Positions 56,897 through 64,000 of a DNA stretch of 64,000 bases are shown here, piece after piece; position 1 is the stretch's first letter, and every line of letters begins with the position of its first letter. Position numbers and translations under genes: made by a program. The notes below the pieces were generated by a model that was given only the letters and a program-made list of their open reading frames with translations, did no database searches and was not told the DNA's origin. This stretch comes from Candidatus Hydrogenedentota bacterium (GTDB lineage: Bacteria > Hydrogenedentota > Hydrogenedentia > Hydrogenedentales > SLHB01). The stretch covers positions 161,096 to 225,095 of the forward strand of contig DAIPKA010000004.1 in NCBI GenBank assembly GCA_036769985.1, written 5' to 3'.

Positions 56897-59800
56897 GTCG
56901 GCAGCGATCGCAGTAGATGCAGTCCAACTCGCGGACGGTGCGTACGCCCAAATCGCAGCGCGCCGGCCGCGGCGTCGGTACGTGCCTCCGCCATGGCCCC
57001 AACCCGTTCGCCAACGCCAGAAACGCCCCGGCCGGACACAGATTGCGGCACCAGAATCGTGGGAACACCGCCGAGAGCAAGACGAACAACACCGCCAGTA
57101 CCTCGACGCTCCGTGTCCGAACCGCGCTGAACACGCTGATCAGCGGATCCGCATCGAGCACGTCATACGCGCGCGTGACGGCGAACAGCAGAACCAGCAG
57201 CGCCAGCAACACATATTTTGCAGCGCGGCCGTAACGCCAGACCCCCTTGTCGATGGCGCCCCGGTACCGGGCGGGGCAGAGCTCCCCAACCAACTCCTGA
57301 AGCGCGCCGAAAGGACAGACCTGCCCGCAATAAACATTGCCGAAGAGCACCACCACGGCCGGCACAACCAGCGCCAGGAAGACCGGGCCCGTCGGGCTGG
57401 CCGCATTCACCCGGCCCCCAAGCAACGCCATGACCTGGTGCGTCGAGTACTGAAGGTTAAGGCCGAATCCAAGCACGGCCACCGATGCGAGCAGCATCAT
57501 CCGACGCACCCACGCGTTGGGGCGATACCGTATTCCGATCGCCATGGCCGTGAACGCCGCGAGAATCACGAATTCACGATGCACCTCGCGCCGCGTCTCG
57601 GTCTCCGTTGGGATCTGGCCCAACACCTGGCTCGCGAAATTCCGGCCGGCCGTCTCCAGTGTCCTCAAGATGGCATCCGTGGTTATCGTTGCCCCGGCCA
57701 CGGCATCGACGCCGGCGAAGGGCTGTTTCGCCAGAAGGTTGCGTCCCGCGAGCGACCCCAGCCAACTCGCCAGGCGATCTTCATAGATGGGCGTCTCGTG
57801 CGACTCGACGATGCGGAAGCTTCGGAGTTCGCCGTCGCCCCCAACATACATCGCGAGTATGATCGGCCCGCCGAATCCCATGACGCCCGGCGCCAGTTTC
57901 GGCGTTAGGAACACGTAACCCTTGCCGCACTCTGCCTCGTCCGAAGTCTCGTAATACTCGAGCACACAGCCGTCCGGAAGCACGGCATGCCGCTCGTCCA
58001 CCTCCGTGTCCCCCACGAGCGTCCGCGTGACCTCCCGGGCATGTTCCTCCCGGACCGCGCGGTGGCCGGCCGTGACGACATGCGAGCCGATCAAGCAGCA
58101 AGCCGCAACCCCGACGAGCAGATAGCCACCCGGCCGAGTCCGTCGGTCAAACCAATCGCCAACGGCCTCCCGAGCCGGTGGGAAAGCCATGGCCGGAAGA
58201 TTCGCCACCATCACGAGCGCCAGCACGGCCAGCGTCGGCCCGACGCCCCACAGCGGCAACAGCACCAGGCCCGTCAGTAGCGCGCCAACCGCGCCGCCGA
58301 CGTGATCGAGCGTCTCGAGACCGGCACCTGCCGAGGCGGCCGTCCTTCCGGATGCCGCAAGCCGGTGTACCGCCAAGGGGAAGCACGCGCCCACGGCCGC
58401 ACCGCCAACGCCGAACAACAGCACAAACCACACGCGCGGCACGCCGTCCGGAATCGCCCAGGCAAGCGCCAGCACACCGAGAACGACGGCCGTGAAACAC
58501 GGTAACGCCCAGGGAGGCTCGGACCCGCGTCGATCGAGCAGCCGGGTCGCTACTGCCCCACCGATGCCTGCGCCGGCCATGTACAGCGCCGCGATCACGC
58601 CCACGTGTAGGAACAGCGATCCGAACCGCGCTTGATACACGAACATCAGCGCCACGCTCAGCGCCATACCCACCGCGCCGGACGAGAACACGAGAAACTC
58701 GCCATCGAAGGCGCGACTCCCTAGCCCTCGGCCGCCTCGGAACAGGTAGACACAACGCAGCAACACGTAGAGAATGGCCGGGCAGATCGCCAGAAATAAA
58801 CCCGACGACAACAGCACGCCGAGCTCCTCGCCGACCGAACGCCAGCCCGCTTTTCGTAAGGCCACCAGCAAGCTGAACAAGAGCGCTTTCGGGCTGCCGT
58901 CGGTATTCAGCAGCAAGGCCGGAGTGCTCTCCTCCTGGACCTTCTTGTAGGCGTCCATCTGAAAGGCGATGCGGTCGGCCGGATACAGTCTCGCAACACC
59001 CTCAGGCGGATACACGGCCTCGGCGCCGTCGATCCGCTTGTACCGATTCAGGAGACCGCGCGCGAACATACTCAGGCCATCGCTATCGGACGCAATGAGC
59101 CAACTCTCGCCGCCCGGCTTGAGCACAATGCTCCGGAACACAGAATCGAGCGTCGTCAGCATCGACGCCCCAAGACGCGTCAGCTCACCGCCGAGGTAGT
59201 TCTCACCTCCGGATACGCGCACCGACACGACGCCCCCCTCCGCCAGGATGCCCCGGAGACCCAGGAAGAACTCCTGCGTGCAGTAGCGGTTGAGCACCAA
59301 CGTCGTGACATCGGGCAAATTCACCACCGCAAGGTCGTACCGCGCGTCCGTCGTGTCGATGAACCGGCGCACGTCCACGCCGGGAATGTCAAGGCGACCC
59401 ACCACTTCCGCGTAGTCCGAAGGCAACACCGGCAGCAGCGCCCCGGCAAACTCCGGATCGGAAGGCAGCCACGTCACCCGCTCGACGGACGGGAAGCGGA
59501 TGAACTGCGCGCAGATGCTCAGCGCACCTGGCCCAATCACCAAAACGCGCTTCGCCTCCGGCTGCTGCGCGAGATGGAGCGCGGCCACCTCGGCACCGTG
59601 CTCGCGATCCGGTAGCGCCTCGCACACGCCGCCGCCCGACACGACGACAAACTGGTCCTCACGCGCGCCGAAGAGATACCGCGCCTGGGCCGTGGCGAAG
59701 CAGCCCTGATAGGCCTCGGCGGTCAGTAGCCGGGTCCACTGCGCTCGGTCTCCTCGATCGGCCCAGCGCTCGCCCCCTCCCAGCACAAGGGCCGCAACAC

Positions 59801-60404
59801 AGGCCGCCACCGGTATCCAGCGGACAACACGCTCCGGGCGCGTCGCCGCCACGCCTACCGCCAACACACCCATGGCCACCACCACCACCGTTTCTCCGGA
59901 GACTCCCACCGCCAGCAGAATCGTCACGGCGACGCCGCCTACGCATGCACCGAGCGTCTCGACGACATAGACCCGCGCCACCGGCAACCGCGCATCGCCC
60001 TCGATCCAGCGGCACGCCGCCGTAAACAAGAAGCCCGTGGCCAAGCTGACGGGCACATTCACCACAAAGGCCACGGCCACCATCGGGAGTACCGGGAAAG
60101 CTTCGTAGACCTCGACGGATGCCAGGTCGCGCGCCCGCGCGGTGAGCTCGAGTTGGAGCGCAAACGCGGGAAGGTAGGCCATCGCGAGCCCGTCGACATG
60201 ACGCATGAGACGCGGCCAAACCTCCGCCGCCAGCCGCCCCGCCACGGCGCCCACCGCCACCGAAACCAGCCACGACGCAAAGAACGCGCCCACGCCCAGC
60301 TCATTGCCCTCGAACGCCGTCAGAAACGCACGAAAAAGCACCGTCTGCGCGACCAGCGCGAAGAATCCGAGGCCGAACACCACTGCGGCTTTCCGGAACG
60401 ACAC
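56862..60404 (-). CDS. 1180-aa polytopic membrane fusion: a spermidine-synthase-like (PABS/Rossmann) module with flanking TM bundles, an FMN-binding domain, and a NosR/NapH-like CxxxCP polyferredoxin membrane domain.
   Basis: GTG start with an AGGAGG RBS. Residues 1-220 and about 500-770 are multi-TM. Residues about 260-400 are spermidine-synthase-like (RVLVIGPGALS...YDLAVVNLPD...LRGILAEGGVVSV). Residues about 800-900 form an FMN-binding domain (GVDAVAGATITTDAIL). Residues about 920-1180 are TM helices carrying NVYCGQVCPFGALQE and FWCRNLCPAGAF (NapH/NosR-type), and the protein ends with a CIYCDRC partial ferredoxin motif. Confidence 0.85.
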   Translation of the reverse strand: MSFRKAAVVFGLGFFALVAQTVLFRAFLTAFEGNELGVGAFFASWLVSVAVGAVAGRLAAEVWPRLMRHVDGLAMAYLPAFALQLELTARARDLASVEVYEAFPVLPMVAVAFVVNVPVSLATGFLFTAACRWIEGDARLPVARVYVVETLGACVGGVAVTILLAVGVSGETVVVVAMGVLAVGVAATRPERVVRWIPVAACVAALVLGGGERWADRGDRAQWTRLLTAEAYQGCFATAQARYLFGAREDQFVVVSGGGVCEALPDREHGAEVAALHLAQQPEAKRVLVIGPGALSICAQFIRFPSVERVTWLPSDPEFAGALLPVLPSDYAEVVGRLDIPGVDVRRFIDTTDARYDLAVVNLPDVTTLVLNRYCTQEFFLGLRGILAEGGVVSVRVSGGENYLGGELTRLGASMLTTLDSVFRSIVLKPGGESWLIASDSDGLSMFARGLLNRYKRIDGAEAVYPPEGVARLYPADRIAFQMDAYKKVQEESTPALLLNTDGSPKALLFSLLVALRKAGWRSVGEELGVLLSSGLFLAICPAILYVLLRCVYLFRGGRGLGSRAFDGEFLVFSSGAVGMALSVALMFVYQARFGSLFLHVGVIAALYMAGAGIGGAVATRLLDRRGSEPPWALPCFTAVVLGVLALAWAIPDGVPRVWFVLLFGVGGAAVGACFPLAVHRLAASGRTAASAGAGLETLDHVGGAVGALLTGLVLLPLWGVGPTLAVLALVMVANLPAMAFPPAREAVGDWFDRRTRPGGYLLVGVAACCLIGSHVVTAGHRAVREEHAREVTRTLVGDTEVDERHAVLPDGCVLEYYETSDEAECGKGYVFLTPKLAPGVMGFGGPIILAMYVGGDGELRSFRIVESHETPIYEDRLASWLGSLAGRNLLAKQPFAGVDAVAGATITTDAILRTLETAGRNFASQVLGQIPTETETRREVHREFVILAAFTAMAIGIRYRPNAWVRRMMLLASVAVLGFGLNLQYSTHQVMALLGGRVNAASPTGPVFLALVVPAVVVLFGNVYCGQVCPFGALQELVGELCPARYRGAIDKGVWRYGRAAKYVLLALLVLLFAVTRAYDVLDADPLISVFSAVRTRSVEVLAVLFVLLSAVFPRFWCRNLCPAGAFLALANGLGPWRRHVPTPRPARCDLGVRTVRELDCIYCDRCRRGAKEDRREDA

Positions 60405-60512
60405 GGCGGTTCCTCCTGACGAGTGGAAACGATGGGCTCCATCATAGCATCCGCTGAGAAATGAGGCTACACACGGAGGTTGGCCAATAGGCCCTCTTGG
60501 TCGTGATAGGTC

Positions 60513-62201
60513 CTATTCCTTCTCCCCGAAAACGAGGGCCTCGAAGATGGTGTAGGTGGCGCCCTCACGCCATGCGTCGGCCGGCAGGCCCGCTTTCATG
60601 GAGAGATGGGTGAGCGTCGTGGCAAGGTCCCAACCTTGCTCCGGCGCGACCTGGGGCAAGAACACGGCGCTGCGCCCGTTCTTCGAGAGCACCATCCCGT
60701 GCTTGCCCAGGACGATTTCGTTGTACGAACCCACCGGCACCGGCGCCGTCAACGCGCTAATCTCGAACTCGAGATCCGGCAGTTCCTTGGCCTGGACGCG
60801 ATCAAACCGGTAATCGTTCACGCCCGCATCGATGGCGTGGTCAATCACGGCCTTGTACACCTCGCGGCGCGGCACGATCTCGCCGATGCAGCCACGCAAC
60901 TGCCCGTGCTCGTGCAGCGTCACGAAGGCGCCCATGATCTGCTTCATGCCCTCCGTCACCGGCACGTCAAGATCCTCCGGCGTCGGCGTGTCCTTGTGTT
61001 TGAGGTAGTACTCGAGCGTACGGCGCGCCAGCTTGAGGAGCGCCTGCTTGTCCTCATCCGAGAGTGAAGCCTTCGCCTCGTCGGGCGTCTCCTCATCGAC
61101 AACCGCTTCCCTTTCCGGCCACGCGCCGGTGAACGCAGCGCTGACATAGCTAACGGCATTCGAGTAGTCGCCCGTCATCCGGCCCGAGGAATCGTAGTGA
61201 CACAAGTGGCCCTCGGCATCCGCGGGCAGCATCGCCAGCAGAACACCCAGCGGACACCGGCCGCAGATGGTCGCCCCCGTCCCATCCACGTAACCGAAGA
61301 ACCCCTCCACATCTTTCTTCTCGGCAAAGGCCCAGGCGTCCATGTCGAGTCTCTTGATGCTCTCCGGAACATCGCTCTTGAACGGCGCGTAGCCGAACCT
61401 CGGGCCATAGTGCGTGAAGTCCGTGCTCACGACAACGAGTGTCTCGCGGTCGACCAGGCCGGCCAAAATCCTCCCCATCTCCCGGGCCGTGGCCACGTCG
61501 AGCTGGCCAACGACGATCGGCACCAACGTGAACTCGCCCAAGACGCGCTGCAACAGCGGCAACTCGATCTGAACGCTGTGTTCCTGGGCATGGGCCGCCG
61601 GCTCGCTCCGAAAGACGGTGTGTGTCTTGAGTGCGGCCATGAAACCGAGATCGAGCGCGACCTCTCCGAGCGGCGTCGAGTAGTGCGTGTAGCCCGTCGG
61701 AACACTCGCGGCATTCGACATGGGCACCGAGTGTGTCGGCCCCATGACCACCACGCGCCGGTAGTGCTTGCCCTTGATCGCGCGCAGGCCATAGCCCGCC
61801 GTCGGGCCTGAATACACGTATCCGGCGTGAGGGAGCACCAGTGCGATCACACCCTCCAGCGTGTCGCCCGTGGCCTCCTCGACAAAACCATCGATCTCGG
61901 CCGTCAACAGCGCCGGTTTCGCCTCATACCATCTCCCCGGCAACGGGGATCGAAACACTTGCTTGGTCATGGTTTCCACCTCGGCTTCCGTGGCCGCCGT
62001 TGCGGCTCCTTCCATCCACGCGCGCCCTAACCACGCGCCCAGCCCCACGCCCACACTCAGGAGCGTCACCCAGACTACCACGCGTAGCGCGGATGCTCCC
62101 GCGCACCAACCGGCCGGCGCTACGACCGTGTGTCCGTCAAGGTATCTCATCGCGATCGCCCTTTCCGATGCGAGCCTGCCGAACGCCATCATCCTGCCCA
62201 T
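60513..62201 (-). CDS. Fused AmmeMemoRadiSam system protein B (Memo-like) and protein A (AMMECR1 domain), with an N-terminal TM segment.
   Basis: The Memo signature LPHAGYVYSGPTAGYG and a C-terminal AMMECR1 signature GAFVTLHEHGQLRGCIGEI are both present. An N-terminal hydrophobic segment LRVVVWVTLLSVGVGLGAWLG is also present. The exact start is uncertain (62150, 62192 or 62201). Confidence 0.85.
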   Translation of the reverse strand: MGRMMAFGRLASERAIAMRYLDGHTVVAPAGWCAGASALRVVVWVTLLSVGVGLGAWLGRAWMEGAATAATEAEVETMTKQVFRSPLPGRWYEAKPALLTAEIDGFVEEATGDTLEGVIALVLPHAGYVYSGPTAGYGLRAIKGKHYRRVVVMGPTHSVPMSNAASVPTGYTHYSTPLGEVALDLGFMAALKTHTVFRSEPAAHAQEHSVQIELPLLQRVLGEFTLVPIVVGQLDVATAREMGRILAGLVDRETLVVVSTDFTHYGPRFGYAPFKSDVPESIKRLDMDAWAFAEKKDVEGFFGYVDGTGATICGRCPLGVLLAMLPADAEGHLCHYDSSGRMTGDYSNAVSYVSAAFTGAWPEREAVVDEETPDEAKASLSDEDKQALLKLARRTLEYYLKHKDTPTPEDLDVPVTEGMKQIMGAFVTLHEHGQLRGCIGEIVPRREVYKAVIDHAIDAGVNDYRFDRVQAKELPDLEFEISALTAPVPVGSYNEIVLGKHGMVLSKNGRSAVFLPQVAPEQGWDLATTLTHLSMKAGLPADAWREGATYTIFEALVFGEKE

Positions 62202-62434
62202 CGGCCCGGATGGCCCACTTCACCGGCTGCAAGTCCGGCCCTCGGGCCTGGATAGCGCCTGCCACGCACCGCCTCGACAACGCGCCGCGGCCTCAGGCGC
62301 CCACGCAAAACACCGAGCGCCGCAGCCATCGCCGTCGCTCTGAAGAACGCCCTCCGGTTCATTCAGCGCTCGCCTCCAACATCGCCCTCTCTGCGATCAC
62401 CAGTATACCACCGCATCTCCCCAGACAGGGCCCG

Positions 62435-63406
62435 TCATGTCCATATACCGGCGATCGGAGTGCCGCACTCCGGACAGGCACCGCCTTCCATGCGATTCTG
62501 CCGAACCGTGTAGCCGCGCCGTTCGACCAGCAAGACGCCACAGCCGGGACAATGCGTGTCCTCGCCGCCCGGACGCGCCACATTGCCGATGTACACGAAG
62601 TACAACCCCTCGGCCCGCGCGATCTCCTTCGCCCTCTCCAGTGTATTCTCGGGCGTTGGCGGCAGATTCTTCATCCGATACTGCGGATAGAACCGCGAGA
62701 AGTGAAGCGGCGTGTCGCGGCCGAGATTCTCGGCGATCCAGCGACTCACGCCGCGAAGATCCGCATCCGTGTCATTCAGCGTCGGAATGACCAGGTTCGT
62801 CACTTCAACCCAAACGCCGAGCGACTTCGACTGCACCAGCGTCCGCTGCACCGGCGCCAGCGTCGCATCGCATACATCTCGGTAGAACGCATCCGATATC
62901 GATTTCAGGTCGATGTTCCCCGCGTCCACGTAGGGACATAGCCGCGCCATCGGCTCCTCATTGATGTAACCGGCCGTAACCAGGGCGTTCTTGAGCCCCG
63001 CCTCGCGCACGGCCATGCACGTGTCAAGCGTGTACTCGTAGTACACGAGAGGCTCCGTGTACGTATACGCGACGGACCGGCAGTCGTATTCGCGGGCCGC
63101 CTGCGCCACGAGCGCCGGCGGAAACGGCTTTCCCGGGTAGTCCTCCGGGTTGGCCTGCGAGATCTCCCAGTTCTGACAGTTCTTGCAGTGGAGATTGCAG
63201 CCCACTGTCGCCAACGAGAGAATACCCGTGCCGGGCAGGAAGTGAAACAGCGGCTTCTTCTCGACGGGATCCACGTGCACCGAGCACGGATGTCCATACG
63301 TAACCGCCACCAGCTTGCCGTCCACATTCACGCGGATCCGGCACTCGCCGCTCTGACCCGGCGCGATGATGCATCCCTTCGGACACAATGCGCATTGGAC
63401 ATCCAT
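62435..63406 (-). CDS. AmmeMemoRadiSam system radical SAM enzyme (PflA-like).
   Basis: The CNLHCKNC radical-SAM CxxxCxxC motif is present. An N-terminal Cys cluster CALCPKGC...GEC and a C-terminal CPGC...CPEC zinc ribbon are also present. I favour the ATG at 63406; the track uses a TTG at 63433. Confidence 0.85.
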   Translation of the reverse strand: MDVQCALCPKGCIIAPGQSGECRIRVNVDGKLVAVTYGHPCSVHVDPVEKKPLFHFLPGTGILSLATVGCNLHCKNCQNWEISQANPEDYPGKPFPPALVAQAAREYDCRSVAYTYTEPLVYYEYTLDTCMAVREAGLKNALVTAGYINEEPMARLCPYVDAGNIDLKSISDAFYRDVCDATLAPVQRTLVQSKSLGVWVEVTNLVIPTLNDTDADLRGVSRWIAENLGRDTPLHFSRFYPQYRMKNLPPTPENTLERAKEIARAEGLYFVYIGNVARPGGEDTHCPGCGVLLVERRGYTVRQNRMEGGACPECGTPIAGIWT

Positions 63407-63486
63407 GGCACGGCCCCTGTCGCGATACCCCAATTGTGCGCCCCCGCAATCCCGCCGTCAAGCCTTCCAGACCGTTGCGGAACCCG

Positions 63487-63999
63487 TCATTTCCCCTTCA
63501 TGCCAAGGCGCTCGAGATACTCCCGGGCCGGCGTCGCTTCCGGATTGATCTCGAGGGCACGCTGCCAATCGGCGATGGCCTTATCCGGCATGTCGTGCCG
63601 TTCGTAGGCAAGACCGCGAAGGATATAGGCGCCGGCGTCGTTCGGATCGAGTTCCATGGCACGGTTGACCATGGCCAGTCCCGCCTGGAAATCGCCGCCG
63701 TGGTTGGTCTCGGCAAAGAGCTTGCGGCGGCTCTTTGTAATGAGTGCCTTCGGATTGTCCGGATCCAATTCGAGGGCCCTGTCGCCCTCGGTCTCCATGG
63801 CCTCTTCGTAGGTCGACCCCTTGAATTTCGTGCGCATCATCATCGTGTAGAAGTCGGCCATGATACGGTGCTTCTCGGACGTGTCCGGGAGAGCGCCCAA
63901 GGCTGAGAATCCGGACGCGGCCGCCGCGTCGATCGCTTGGCCCAACTCGCGTTTCTGTGCCGTGTTCGTGTCCGAATGCTCGTACACGTTACGCAGCAA
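63487..63999 (-). CDS. TPR-repeat protein, 5' end beyond the window.
   Basis: TPR-like AYILRGLAYERHDMPDKAIADWQRALEINP. The frame is open to the window edge, and the apparent first codon is TTG. Confidence 0.6.
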   Translation of the reverse strand: MLRNVYEHSDTNTAQKRELGQAIDAAAASGFSALGALPDTSEKHRIMADFYTMMMRTKFKGSTYEEAMETEGDRALELDPDNPKALITKSRRKLFAETNHGGDFQAGLAMVNRAMELDPNDAGAYILRGLAYERHDMPDKAIADWQRALEINPEATPAREYLERLGMKGK

Positions 64000-64000
64000 C

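Noticed and set aside
1-64000. tRNA, rRNA, integrase-bounded prophage, toxin-antitoxin pairs.
   Set aside because: None of these was seen. The single tyrosine recombinase is a chromosomal XerC/XerD-type next to topA, not a phage integrase context.

Overview
This is a high-GC bacterial chromosomal segment of about 55 protein-coding genes. I saw no rRNA, tRNA, cas genes or prophage. The gene content points to Planctomycetota: a DUF1559 prepilin-type protein with the H-x9-DG tail, a TAT-signal sulfatase plus two FGE/SUMF1-like proteins, secreted FG-GAP and parallel beta-helix proteins, and several URO-D-family paralogs.

The ORF track contains many long spurious ORFs antisense to real genes, as expected at this GC content. 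I used conserved motifs, ribosome-binding sites and gene packing to choose the real frames.

Housekeeping genes include smg-topA-xer, hslV, hldE, pntAA-pntAB-pntB, acs, an ADP-forming acetyl-CoA synthetase, fhs, pdxA and rsmA.

Things worth a second look:
- A GIY-YIG nuclease gene is bracketed by exact inverted 29-nt hairpin-containing repeats, with two more solo copies and a degenerate copy upstream.
- A TetR HTH domain is fused to an Rnk (GreA/GreB C-terminal) RNA-polymerase secondary-channel domain. It sits next to a standalone rnk, downstream of a palindromic operator, and directly upstream of pntAB.
- An acetate/formate node holds acs, an ADP-forming ACS, fhs, an OFA-type MFS transporter and two paralogous CoA-transferase::GNAT fusions. 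It contains two conspicuously AT-rich intergenic islands.
- A four-gene operon (SIAE-like esterase, TPP enzyme, ALDH, IlvD/EDD dehydratase) looks like a non-phosphorylative, decarboxylating sugar-acid route.
- The strongest candidate for an undescribed system is on the minus strand at 56.6-63.4 kb. A 1180-aa membrane protein fuses a spermidine-synthase-like TM/Rossmann module to a NosR/NapH-like module (an FMN-binding domain with the GATITT motif, followed by a CxxxCP polyferredoxin membrane domain). It lies immediately downstream of a complete AmmeMemoRadiSam system in which AmrB (Memo) and AmrA (AMMECR1) are fused, next to the radical-SAM AmrS.
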